Source of the DNA: Octopus sinensis | Taxonomy: Eukaryota | Length of the DNA stretch: 64,000 bases | Assembly: GCF_006345805.1 (NCBI RefSeq) | Contig: NC_043004.1 | Span: forward strand, 79,918,001-79,982,000 | Direction of reading: 5' to 3' | Shown here: positions 1-11,760 of the stretch, piece by piece | How positions within the stretch are numbered: position 1 is the first letter of the stretch | How the letters are laid out: every line of letters begins with the position of its first letter | The notes under the pieces: model-generated | Told to the model about the DNA's origin: nothing | Seen by the model: only the letters and a program-made list of their open reading frames with translations | Database searches by the model: none | Made by a program: the position numbers and the translations under genes

Positions 1-325
1 AATATATTAGCTATAAGCTATTTTCTCGATAATAGATGCCAAGTATAACCTAGCAGTGACATCAACAATTTCAAGAACAAAAAAACTGCTTCAATTCACT
101 GCATTCTAAATTTCTTCATGGCTGTGTGCGTGTGTGTCTCTCTGTGTGTGTGTGTACAATTTTGCTTTCCAGCCATATGATTCTGGGTTCAGTCCTGCTG
201 TATGGCACCTTGCATAGGTGCTCTTTCTTTCTCCAACTAAGAGGTAAAAATTTCAATTAGGAATTTTATTTTAAACAGCTTTCAGTAATCATGCATTAAT
301 TTATTAATATGCAGGATATGACAAT

Positions 326-556
326 AAGGCAGCAGGCTGGCAGAATCATTAGCACACCGGGCAAAATGCTTAGTGGTATTTCATCTGTTTTTACGTTCTG
401 AGTTCAAATTCCGTCGAGGCCGACTTTGCTTTCGTTCTTTCGGGGTCGATTAAATAAGTACCAGTTATGCACTGGGGTTGATATAATCGACTTAATCCGT
501 TTGTCTGTCTTTGTTTGTCCTCTCTGTGTTTAGCCCCTTGTGGGTAATAAAGAAAT
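326..556 (+). mobile_element. tRNA-headed SINE, family A (representative; further copies follow to about 920)
   Basis: Head aaggcagcaggctggcagaatcattagc, B-box-like gagttcaaattcc, tail ttagccccttgtgggtaataaagaaata. Roughly 20 related copies in the window. Confidence 0.85.
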
Positions 557-954
557 AGGTATTTCATCTGTCTTTACGTTCTGAGTTCAAATTCTGCCAA
601 ATTCAGATTTGCCTTTCATCCTTTTGCAGTTGATAAATTAAGTACTAGTTGCGTACTGGGGTTGATCTAATCGACTGGCTCCCTTACCAACAATTTTGGG
701 TCTTGTGCCGAGAGTAGAAAAGAATATTTTTAGGGTGGTGAGCTGGCAGAATTGTTAGCATGCTGGGTGAAATGCTTAGCGGTATTTTGTCTTTACATTC
801 TGAGTTCAAATTCTGCTGAGGTCAGCTTTGCCTTTCATCCTTTCAGGGTTAATAAATTAAGTACCAGTTGCATACTGGGGTTGATCTAATTGAATGGCTC
901 CCTCCCCCAAAATTTCAGGTCTCTTTCTTTGGTGTTTGGAATATAAATTAACAT

Positions 955-1360
955 TTCTTTTACTTATTTCAGTCATTTGACTGTGGCCATGCTGGAGCAC
1001 CACCTTTAGTAAAAAAAATCGACGCCAGGACTTATTCTTTGTATACCTAGTACTTATTCTATCGGTCTCTTTTGCGGAACTGCTAAGTTACATGGACGTA
1101 AATGCACCAGCATTGGTTGTCAAGTGATGGTGGGGGGACAAACACAGACACAAACAAATACACACATATTTACATACATATATATGTATGTATACACGAC
1201 GGGCTTCTTTCAGTTTCCGTCTACCAAATCCACTCACAAGGTTTTGGTCAGCCCTAGGCTACAGTAGAAGACACCTGCCCAAGGTGCCATACAGTGGGAC
1301 TGAACCTAGAACCTTGTGGTTGGTAAGCAAGCTACATACCACACCCCCACTCCTGTGCCT
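955..1360 (-). mobile_element. tRNA-headed SINE, family C, with internal (CA/TA) microsatellite
   Basis: Reverse copy of the head ...gtggtaag...ggttcagtcccactg..., a central microsatellite, and the tail gctccagcatggccacagtcaaatgactgaaa. Confidence 0.85.
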
Positions 1361-2199
1361 CTATATACACATACACACATATATGAGAGAGAGAGAGAAA
1401 GAAAGAGAGAGATTGGTTGATAGATATCATAAAGAGATTTGTTATTGTAGTGAATTGACGATCTACAATTTCTTCCAGAGAATATTATCTCGACACTCTT
1501 TCCTTTTGTTGCTTTGTTATGGACTTTATTGATTAACATTTTCCGGGTTACCTTTTGTTTATAGTAACCTTGGTTACGAGTTAGGAGGAGCTTCTCTCTA
1601 TTTACAATAGGGTTTTACCTTCTTTTTTTGCCATCTGTATTTCTTTCCTCCTCTGCCTCTCCTCCTGTGTGTGCTGCTGATAGCTGCTGGTCCAAGCGAA
1701 TGGCTAACATACAGCAGATGGTTAGCTGGTTGTAGCTAAGTATTATGTCCAGGTATGTTAGATAGCTTGTATTGAATTGAAATCTCAGTACAATTGTGTG
1801 TATGTCTGCCTCTCATTATGTGTGTGTTTGTGCTAGTGTGTGTGTGTCTGTGTAAGTGAATATGTATGTCTCTGTATGTGTGTGGTTGTATGTTTCTGAT
1901 TTCTTTCTGAAACATTTTTTCAAGTTCATGATGTTACTGATTACATGCTTTAAACCCTTTATTACAATGTTTGTCAAAATATTCTGCCATTGTTTCAATT
2001 AATTATTTCGGTTAAAATACGCTGCCTTTGTTTTGTTTCAATTAAATTTTTTAAATAATGAAAAATTTAGTAAAATATCTTTGTCATTATTAAGTTAATG
2101 TTTGGAACATAAATTAGCACGAAACTTTGAATGAAGGTTTTCATTGTAGATCACTTTAACCCTTTTGTAAACATATTTGTGTCAAAATACGCCACCACC

Positions 2200-2700
2200 A
2201 TCATCATCATCATCATCGTTTAACGTCCGCTTTCCATCTAGAATGGATTGGATGATTTGACTGAGGACTGGCGAACCAGATGGCTGCACCAGGCTCCAAT
2301 CTGATCTGGCAGAGTTTCTACAGCTGGATGCCCTTTCCTAACGCCAACCACTCCGAGAGTGTAGTGGGTGCTTTCTACATGCCATGCCACCGGCACGGGG
2401 CCCAGTCAGGCGGTACTGGCAGCAGCCACACTCAAGTGGTGTTTTTTACATGCCACCTGCACAGGAGACAGTCCAGCGGCACTGGCAACGATCTCGCTCG
2501 AATGCTTCTTTACGTGTCATGGGCACAAGTGCCAGTAAGGCAATGCTGGTAACGATCACACTTAAATGATGCTTTTTACATGCCATCAGCATGGAAGCCA
2601 GTCACCTACTCTGGCAGCGATCACGCTCGGATGGTGCTCTTAGCGCTCCACTGGCACAGGTGCCAGTCATCAAATTTGCGAATTTGGTTTGATTTTGATT
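2200..2700 (-). mobile_element. RTE-related SINE-like element, family B, with internal tandem units
   Basis: (CAT)n tail then cgtttaacgtccgctttccat, core ggatgccctttcctaacgccaaccactccgagagtgtagtggg, followed by repeated ~60-bp gcaccat/ggcac units. Confidence 0.8.
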
Positions 2701-3375
2701 TCAATTGCCTCAACAGGTCTTTGCAGGCTATTTCAATTATTTTGAAAATAAAGAACAATTTAAGTAAAATAACTCATTATTTATCTGGTGCTTGGAACTT
2801 AGATAAAAATGAAATTTTGATAGGTTTTAATTTAAATTACTTTAAAACAAGAAATTTGTATCGTAGTACCAAGGGTGGTCTCAGGTGGGTTTGTATGGAA
2901 AGGGTTGAAGACCAGCTAGTGTCTGATTGGGAGACAATTCCAATGAGGTGGGCATGTGATATGAGTGAACGATGAATGTGGAGTGAAAAACAGATGTGTG
3001 TGCTGGCAGAGGAATGAAGATTGGAATAAATGAAAAGGAAGGAATGGTGATGTTCGAACTCAAGAAGTGCCAGTTGAGAAGTAAAGAGGTACAAAGCTGG
3101 GTATGCTGTAGATTACATGGATACCCCAGCTGGAAATAAAAAAAAGGAGAGTGACTTAGCGAGTTAGATAAAGCAAGTGATAATGAGAAAGATGATGGTG
3201 AAGATAGGTGATTGGTAGAGACTGTAGGCATGGGAAAAGATAGTGAGAAGTGGCTGGGTGGGGGATGAAAAGAAACTGAGAAAGCCTGTGGATGTAGTAA
3301 GTATTTATTTATTCTGCTGCCAGGTGGTGGTGATGATGATGATGATGATAATAATAATAGTAATAATAATAATAA

Positions 3376-3825
3376 TCTTTTCTACTAAAGGCACAAGGCC
3401 TGAAATTTTGGGGTAGGGGACTAGTCGATTACATCAACCCCAGTGTATAACTGGTATGTAATTTATCAACCCCAAAAGGATGAAAGGCAAAGTTTACCCT
3501 AGTGGCATTTGAACTCAGAACGTCAAGACAGATGAAAGACTGCTAAGCATTTCGCCCGGTGTGCTAAAGTTTCTGCCAGTTTGCCGCCTTAAGGCTTATA
3601 AATATTCTTTTCTACTCTAAGCACAAGGCCCGAAATTTTGGGGGAGTGGGGTGGGGCCAGTCGATTACACCGACCCCAGTATTTCACTGGTACTTAATTT
3701 ATTGACCCAGAAAGGATGAAGGGCAAAGTTGACCACGGCGGAATTTGAACTCAGAATATAAAGATAGATGAAATACTACTAAGCATTTTGCCCGGCGTGC
3801 TACCATTTCTGTTAGCTTGCTGCCT
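3376..3825 (-). mobile_element. Two tandem family A SINEs
   Basis: Two successive cttttctact...aggcacaaggcc...gaactcagaa...ctaagcatt...cttgccgcctt blocks. Confidence 0.85.
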
Positions 3826-4679
3826 TGTCATGAATGTTTTATGTTTTGGCACAAGGCCAGCAGTTTTAAGGATAAAAATCAATTATATCCAACCACATGG
3901 TTCCGGGTTCAGTCCCACTGTGTGGCACCTTGGCAAAGTGTCTTCTACTATAGCCTCAGGTCAACCAACGCCTTGTGAGTGGATTTGGTTGATGGAAACT
4001 GAAAGTCCATCGTATGTATATATATTTGTGTGAGTGTGTGTGTGTGTTTGTCCCTCCACCGTCACTTGACAACTGATGTTGGTGCGTTTACGTCCCTGTA
4101 ACTTAGCGGTTCAGCAAATGAGACTGATAGATTAAGTACTAGGCTTACAAAGAATAAGTCCTGGGGGGGTCGATTTGGCCATAGTGAAATGACTGAAACA
4201 AGTAACAGAATAAAAGAATACCAATTTCAGTACTCAACAAAGTCAGCCCAAGAAGAATTTGACCGCAGAAGAATTTAAAGATGGATGAAATACCATTAAG
4301 TATTTTGTCCTGTGCTGCAACGATTCAGCAAGGTACCTACCTTAATAACAACAACAATAACAACAACGATTATTATTATTATTATTATTATTATCATTAT
4401 TATGATTATTATTATTATTATTGTTATTATTATTATTATCATCTTCATTATTATTAAGGTGGCAAGCTGGCAGAATGGTTAGCAATCTGGATGAAATGCT
4501 TAGTGGTATTTCATCCATCCTTGTGTTCAGAGTTCAAATTCCTCTGTGGTTGACTCTGTCTTTCATCCTTTCGGGGTTGATAAATTAAGTACCAGTTAAA
4601 TACTGGGGTCAATGTAATCGACTACTCCCCTCCCCCAAAATTTCAGGCCTTGTGCCTTTAGAAGAAATTATTACTGTTG

Positions 4680-4723
<44 letters not shown>

Positions 4724-5274
4724 GAAAGAGAAGTCAAGGTGACATTAACACTCCGGGCAAATTGTTTAGCAGCATTTCGTCTGTCTTCATGTTCTGAGTT
4801 CAAATTCCACCAAGGTTGACTCTGCTTTTCATCCCTTCGGGTTCAATAAATTAAGGACCACTTAATTACATCAACCAGGCCCTTCCTGCAAAATTTCAGA
4901 CCTTGTACCTGTAGCAGCAGAAAAGATTTATTACTAGAGAAGTCTTTTGCTTCTACTGAAACACTACAATTTCAATATTAATATTCATTTTTCTTTTTGT
5001 TTTTTGTTTTTTGATGTCTGGTGTGATTTCTTCTATTAGTATTGAATTATAGGTTTCTGTTATCAAAACTCATCAAGGACAAACCCACTTTACCTGATTT
5101 ATCCTGTTTGTTCTCTACTTCAATATTATTCCCAGCTAATTGTTTCACCTCTATTTCCATACAACTGACTAACTCTGTTTCTAATAAGGTGTTGTCTACG
5201 TGCATTAATTATATCCACTTTTGTAACGGTCTCTTTACTTTGTTATCCAGTCAAATGTATTATATATATATACA

Positions 5275-5775
5275 GGTGCAGGAGTGGCTGTGTGGTAAGA
5301 AGCTTGTTTCCCAACCACATGGTTCTGGGTTCAGTCCCACTGCATGGCACCTTGGGCAAGTGTCTTCTACTATAGCCTTGGACTGACCAAAGCCTTGTGA
5401 GTGGATTTGGTAGACGGAAACTGAAAGAAGCCTGTCATACATATGTGTATGTGTGTGTGTGTTTGTGTGTATATATATATATGTGTGTGTGTGTGTGTAT
5501 ATATATATGTGTGTGTGTGTGTGTATATATATATGTGTGTGTGTGTGTGTGTATATATATATACTTATGTATGTATTTGTGTGTCTGTGTTTGTCACCGA
5601 CCATCGCTTGACAACCGATGTTGGAGGGTTTACATCCCCATAACTTAGCAGTTCAGCAAAAGAAACCGATAGAATAAGAACTAGGCTTACAAGAATAAGT
5701 CCTGGAGTCAATTTGTTCAACTAAAAGCGGTGCTCCAGCAAGGCCACAGTCAAATGACTGAAACAAGTAAAATAG
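5275..5775 (+). mobile_element. Family C SINE, full length
   Basis: Head ggtgcaggagtggctgtgtggtaag, (TG/TA)n hinge at about 5435-5575, tail ...aatgactgaaacaagtaaaa. Confidence 0.85.
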
Positions 5776-5799
5776 TAAATAATATATGTGTGTATATGA

Positions 5800-6095
5800 A
5801 GGTACATGGCTTGGTGGTTATGGTGTTGCATTCACAATTGCAAGATCGCGGGTTCAATTCCCAGACTGGGTACTGCATTGTGTTCTTGTGCAAAATACTT
5901 CATTTCACATTGCTGCACAATCATTTCGTCATCTGAGATGCGGAACACATTGCACCTGCACGGGTAATGTTGATTTGATGGAGGGAGTGAGGTTATGTGA
6001 ATACAAACATTTGATCACTATAAACAAATTACCTGTGAGGTTGTTCAGCAAGGAATTGCAGAACCATCATACATTGTCTAACAATGGGAGAGTCC
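5800..6095 (+). mobile_element. tRNA-headed SINE, family D
   Basis: Head with cgcgggttcaattccc (B box) and ttgtgttcttgtgcaaaatacttcatttcacattgct core. A related head occurs at about 28750-28875 on the minus strand. Confidence 0.6.
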
Positions 6096-6120
6096 ATGAT
6101 ATCTATCTATATATATATAT

Positions 6121-6480
6121 ATGGGCACCACTGCATAGTGCCAAGGACTCCAAATTTGCCATTAAGATGTAGGACAAGATACTGCAATAGCCTGGGCTTC
6201 AGAGGTCCACAGCTCTTCAATATCCTCCCGAAGGACCTGAGAGATCTGCATGGGGTGGATGCAGATGTCTTTAAAATAAAGCTGGACCTCTTCCTGTCAG
6301 GTGTCCCTGATGAACCAACTTCATGGCAGGAGGTGCAGATGAGGGCAGCTGCATCAAACTCTCTCATGCACCAAATATCAATTGCTAAAAGGCATTCGTG
6401 AAGTAAAATCATGTAGCAACACCGAATGGCAGTGCCCCAGCATGGCCACAGCTCATGAGCTGAAACTAAATGAAATGAAA
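6121..6480 (+). mobile_element. 3' end of a CR1/L2-like LINE (RT C-terminus plus tail)
   Basis: Translates GHHCIVPRTPNLPLRCRTRYCNSLGFRGPQLFNILPKDLRDLHGVDADVFKIKLDLFLSGVPDEP, the typical S-x-x-x-RGP-x-LFN-x-LP...FK-x-KLD-x-FL C-terminus of CR1/L2/Jockey-group ORF2. Short (AAATG)n tail. Confidence 0.8.
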
Positions 6481-6716
6481 AAAGATATATATATATATAC
6501 TTACATACATATATATAAACATACACACATACTCACAAAGATAGAGAGAGAAATGCAGGTATATCAAATACTATGCAACATAAATCCTTGATTTCTTAAA
6601 ATTATCTCTGTGTCTAGAGGATGTGTCATAATTACCAAATTGTAATTGAAACCAGCTCTATATAAGAAGGGGAGCTAATCTCAGGAATAAAGAATTCTCC
6701 AAAGCTGACATGCCGT

Positions 6717-6759
6717 TAATGAACATTTGTTTCTGCCTTAGTTAGGCATCATCAGATTA
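6717..6759 (-). ncRNA. Minimal type I hammerhead ribozyme motif (probably decayed)
   Basis: Minus strand reads UAAU-CUGAUGA-UGCCU aacua AGGCA-GAAAC-AAAU-GU(U)C-AUUA, with one extra U at the cleavage site. Confidence 0.6.
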
Positions 6760-7609
6760 TGATATGATATATATTAATTTCGTGTTTATTTCTGTTCTAA
6801 ATACCAGCTTAAGTGTGACATAGTTATTTTTCTGGCTCTTTCATCATTTTTCTAACTTAACTGAAACAGTCGGTATATTTCAACAGAAAAGTACGGCTAT
6901 GAAAGGGGTGGGTGTGAATTCTGTAAGAAATAAAATCTGCACCAGACTGACCTGAATCGAGTTATTGTATTGTCCCAATTTCACCAGTGAGATTCATGAA
7001 TTTAGAAAATCTCTCTTCTGTGAAGATCTGATTCTATTGTTTCGATTGCGATAATCAAGCCGAAGTTGTCTAGTAAGTAAGATCTCTGTAGATAACTGTA
7101 TTTAGTATTATGAACAATTCTAAACTGCCTGTATGTATTTGTGTAGCTTCCCATAGGAAGATATAGATTCATAGTAAGTTTCATTTAAATATTTGAAACC
7201 GAAAAAAGAAATAAAGAAAGAGACAACAAAGAACTCAATGTGCTCGATAATTTAGCACTTCTGTGATGATTTGGTTTTGTCTGTTTGTTAGCAAATATCG
7301 GATGTTTATTGTGTAGCGTTGGATTGTTTGACATTGAGAGTGGTAGTGAGGGGACAGGTGTGGGTGGGCACGGAGTGTAAAGGCTTTGGGATTAGAGGAA
7401 AGTAATTAATACAATGCTTCCAGTAAAACTTGTGCTTCCTTCAGCAGTTTAAATCTATTTTGTTCCCAACATGCCTGGGATTAACTTTGGTTTCAATGAC
7501 ATGAAAGAAACCTCTTGTTTTAAAGGTTTCATATTGAGATACAAAACCTGTCTGATCTATAATGGTTATATTTAGTTTAACCCCTCTCCTTGCGGCCATC
7601 ATCATCATC

Positions 7610-8080
7610 ATCATTATCATCATCATCATCGTTCAACATCTGCTTTCCATGCTGACCTTGGTTGGACGGCTTGACTGAGGACTGGTGAGCCAGTGGTTGC
7701 TCCAGGCTCAATCTCATCTGGCAAAGTTTCCCCAGTTGGTTCCTAATGTCAACCACTCCGAGAGTGTTGTGGGTGCTTTTTACGTGCCACCGGCATGAGG
7801 GCCAGTCAGGCGGTTCTGGCAACAACCACACTCAAAAGGTGTTCTTATGTGCTATCTGTATGGGAGCCACTCCAGTGGCACTGGCAACGACCACACTCGG
7901 ATGTTGTTTTTCATGTGCCGGTAAGGCAATGCTGGCAACGATCACACTCAATCGGTACTTTTCACATGTCACCGGCACTGGAGCCAATCTGTAGCCCTAG
8001 CAACGATCACGCTCAGGTGTGTTGCTAACATTCCACTGGCACGAGTGCCAATCAGGCGGTACTGTCAGCGGCCACATCAT
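7610..8080 (-). mobile_element. Family B element with internal tandem units
   Basis: Same tail and core as 2200-2700, with repeated ggcactggcaacga...cacactc units. Confidence 0.8.
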
Positions 8081-8429
8081 TTTGCTAAATTATATTCCAA
8101 ATACCAGTTTAGGGATAGCAAGAATTCATATTCTGAAATCTCTGCAAAATTTTCAACTATTTTCAATACAAATAAAAACACAGAATGCATTTCGTTAGAA
8201 ATATGTATAGCATTATCATTGTGATTCTCATTTTAATGTCCACCTTTTCATGCTGGATGAAATTCACTGAGGCAAATTTTCTACAGCTGGATGACTTTCC
8301 TGTCACTAACCCTCATCTGTTTCTGAGTAAAGTTTATTTCTCTGGCCAGAAATATTTTCCATGAAAAGCTAGAAACAAACATTGCTTGTGTGTCTCGGAT
8401 GCACATTTACAACCATCAAATGATATCAA

Positions 8430-8712
8430 AACAAGCATATACATGACACATACATGCATAGCCACATACATGCATAGACAGATGCATGAATAGTCACATA
8501 CACACATAGGTGTATAGACACACACATTGACTCATAGACAGATACACATGCATGAATAGACACATGCATGCATAGACATACACATAGATGCATAGACATA
8601 TACATTGACACATACACACATAGACACTGCATGCATAGACTCACACATAGACACATACATGCAAAGACACATGCATGCATAAACACACACATAGACACAC
8701 ACACATGTGCGC
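8430..8712. repeat. Degenerate (CATA/CACA/TAGA) low-complexity tract
   Basis: Visible imperfect tetranucleotide repeat; source of the spurious MCV/HTH ORFs. Confidence 0.9.
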
Positions 8713-9356
8713 ATATGACTGGTTTCTTTCAGTCCCCATCGACCAAATCCACTGACAAGGCTTGGTCAACCAAGTGTTATAGTAAAAAACATTTGCCCAA
8801 GGTGGGGCTGAACCCAAGACCACATGATTGGAAAGAAAGCTTCTTAACCACACAGCCACACCTGCACCTATATTTAAGATTATTCATATAAAAAAAAACA
8901 AAGACGTCATAGTATCTGAAAGTAACTTCACTCATATACTCAAGGTCGACGAAAAACATGAATTAATTTGCTCCTGATTTCAAGTTCAGATGCTTGATGG
9001 TCTGTCTTAATTATCATGTACAGCATCAACATGTGAGTTAATCTCATTGAATAACGTGCTGTATATTATTGCTTTGATTGGTAAAAAACTGTTGTTTGAT
9101 GTCAGTATTACCTGAACATAAGAGGATAATACTTTCATTTGACTTACCTTTGTTGTCTGATATTGATAAAAAATTAAGCCAGTCTTAACATTGACTTTGA
9201 ACAATTATATCTCTGCTTGGATTCTGTATCTGATAGTCTAAATATAATCGCTTCTTATTGACATTAACTTTATATCTTCCAAATGAACCCTCTTTATTTA
9301 GTAGCCTTGTCATACCATTTCTCTGTTTCCCCTTATCTAACATCCTCTTTTTATCT

Positions 9357-9702
9357 TGGCACATGACCTGCTGTGCTTGAGGAGACCTATTGAGTCAAGT
9401 ACATCAACATCAATATGAATGTCAAATGGAAATAGTAGTTGTTATACCTGTGCCAGTGGCACATAAAAAGCACCATCCAAACGTGGCCGATACCAGTGCC
9501 ACCTTGATTGGTTTCCGTGCCAGTGACATGTAAAAAGCACCCACTACACTCACTGAGTGGTTGGCGTTAGGAAGGGCATCCAGCTGTAGAAACTCTGCCA
9601 GATTAGACTGGAGCCTGGTGCAGCCTCCTGGCTTCCCAGACCCCGGTCGAACCGTCCAACCTGTGCTAGGACGGAAAACGGAAGTTAAACGATGATGATG
9701 AT
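9357..9702 (+). mobile_element. Family B element
   Basis: ctgctgtgcttgaggagacc 5' part, core ggttggcgttaggaagggcatccagctgtagaaac, tail acggaagttaaacgatgatgatg. Confidence 0.85.
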
Positions 9703-10799
9703 ATTAACTTAACATTTTTTCCTTCCAAATGAACCCCCTTTATTTTGTGGCCTCCCCCCGTATCATTTCTCTGTTACCCCCTATTATCTAACATCCTCTC
9801 TTTAGCATTTATTTTTCTACTGAATTTGATGCTCTGACACATCTTCAACACCATCCTTCTTCTCTTCTAATGGTGGCAACCATCTATCTCCCCCACACCA
9901 AGACACCTGTTCCTGACACCCTCCCCTGTCATACTATAGCAACTCATCACCTGACATAAAACCACCTCCCTCTATACAACTCCCCCACCTCAGTTTAGGG
10001 ATGTTGTCTCGTGAGATTCTCAGGAACTATTCTAGTGCTGCTACCATTTTATAAAGTGGCTGGCATTACGAAGGTTAGGGCATCCAGGCATAGAAGCCAT
10101 GCCAAATTAGACATTGGAGCTTCATGCAGCCCTCTGGGTCACCAACCCCTGTTGATCCATCCAACCCAAACAAGCATGGGAAAACAGATGCTAAATGATG
10201 ATGATGTGGGGGAGGAGGAATTTCTGATAAGATATCTAAATCATTGAGATTATGAGGAAATCTTATGCTAATACATGCAAGAGTAGTTCTTTACAAAATA
10301 TTTGGTGATATATTTCCCACAGTTTTGTATAAAAATAAGTCAAAACCATTGAAGAATACAAACTCAGTCAATTTTATTCATGTGTTGTTATGACATCTTA
10401 CAGTGCTGCCATCATCAACCATTGCTTTGACATTCTTATAACATGTCACAATTTCTAAACTGAAGCCATAATAGAGGGAGTTAGATGAAGTTAATTTGTT
10501 TAAATGTTTATACAGTTTTCAGGTTTTTACCTTTTGTTTGAGAATGAAAGAAGGAGAGAATGTAGGCCAGAAGCAAGTAGAATGCCTACTTGCTAACAGC
10601 CTTTATATACTGGACAAACAACAACATTGTTTCTCTTTTTCTCTTTCCTTCTCTTTTCCTTCATTCTCATCTGAAGTGTAACATTATTCACTCTTCACAG
10701 GAATTGAATTTAACAAATTCTCATATGGGTTAATTGCTGCTTGTGTAGGCCATCGCCAGTTTCCTCAGATTCTGAACTGAAATAGTCTCAGGGCACTGA

Positions 10800-11185
10800 T
10801 AAATAATGATAAAAGTAGACATGATGAAAATTAAGAAGTCGTTTTAAAGTGTTGTTATTGAGGTGAAAGACAAAAAAGTGAGTTGAGAAATACTGAAATA
10901 ATAAATTGGTAATTGTTCTGTCAACAGCTCTTGAGAGTCAACAACATCATGAGAACGATCAAGAGGAATGAATATAGATGGGCTGGCCACATCATGTGGC
11001 GAAAGACAACAAATGGTCAATAAGGGTGGCAAGATGGGCATCAAGACAATAGACAAGATCAAGAGGCCAACTAAAGGCAAGATGATCTCACCTACAACCT
11101 GGGGTCTACGTGAATGGCTATGACTTGCCAGAGACAGACAGCAGTAGAAGAAGTCTAGGGAGAGGTTCCTCTTTTAGGAGTGATG
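10800..11185 (+). mobile_element. Degenerate RTE-clade LINE ORF2 C-terminus
   Basis: Frameshifted IMRTIKRNEYRWAGHIM...KDNKWSIRV..W...RSRGQLKAR...LARDRQQ, i.e. the RWAGH...W...R-x-RGRP-x-x-RW...A-x-DR-x-x-W pattern. Confidence 0.7.
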
Positions 11186-11217
11186 AAGCTCTGAATAATA
11201 TTATTATTATTATTATT

Positions 11218-11760
11218 GAGTGAGAGAGCAGTGCATGCCATCAAAGTGACACTGGGGTAAAATATACGAAGCCCAGTATACCCATCATGACTACCTGTCT
11301 GATAAGGGTACACTAGGTACATGCATCACAACCATGTGTGCGTGACATGGTGATCTCATATCAAGATAAACAGCACATGACCTTGCAGGTGGGGCCCACT
11401 TAGAATTTTCTTCCGGTCAAGTAACCCATCCTGCTCAAAAGGTCCCTGAATAAGGGTTGTTTAAGGATGTTGAATGAAATACCCATGTTTCCAGAGGTGG
11501 ATCATTCAAACCCCAAAGAATCCCTCTCAACACATGGCTATGATGCTCCCCCACTACTTCTGCTCGTGATCAGAGATGCACTTATCGTCAGCCACTAAGG
11601 GACATGCTCAACTGGTTATGGTCAAACAACTGACAAGCAAATCTGTGGTATTGAGCAGAATATTTGCTGTAGCCCATCTTTTATACCAAGACAAAACAAT
11701 GCACATGATAACACTTCTAATCAGTTAAGATCAGAAGCCATGAGAGCCACTGCCAAGTAC
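11218..11760 (-). mobile_element. Unclassified probable retroposed repeat with (AAT)n tail
   Basis: About 540-bp non-coding block bounded on both sides by (ATT)n tracts. Single copy in the window, so the classification is weak. Confidence 0.4.

Noticed and set aside
326-420. tRNA-like A/B boxes that could suggest tRNA genes
   Set aside because: They are SINE heads that continue into repeat bodies and do not form complete cloverleafs.
1600-1758. Possible upstream non-coding MYO7A exon ending at CAG|GTATGT (about 1753)
   Set aside because: The acceptor at 14653 implies an upstream exon exists, but nothing singles out this donor from others.
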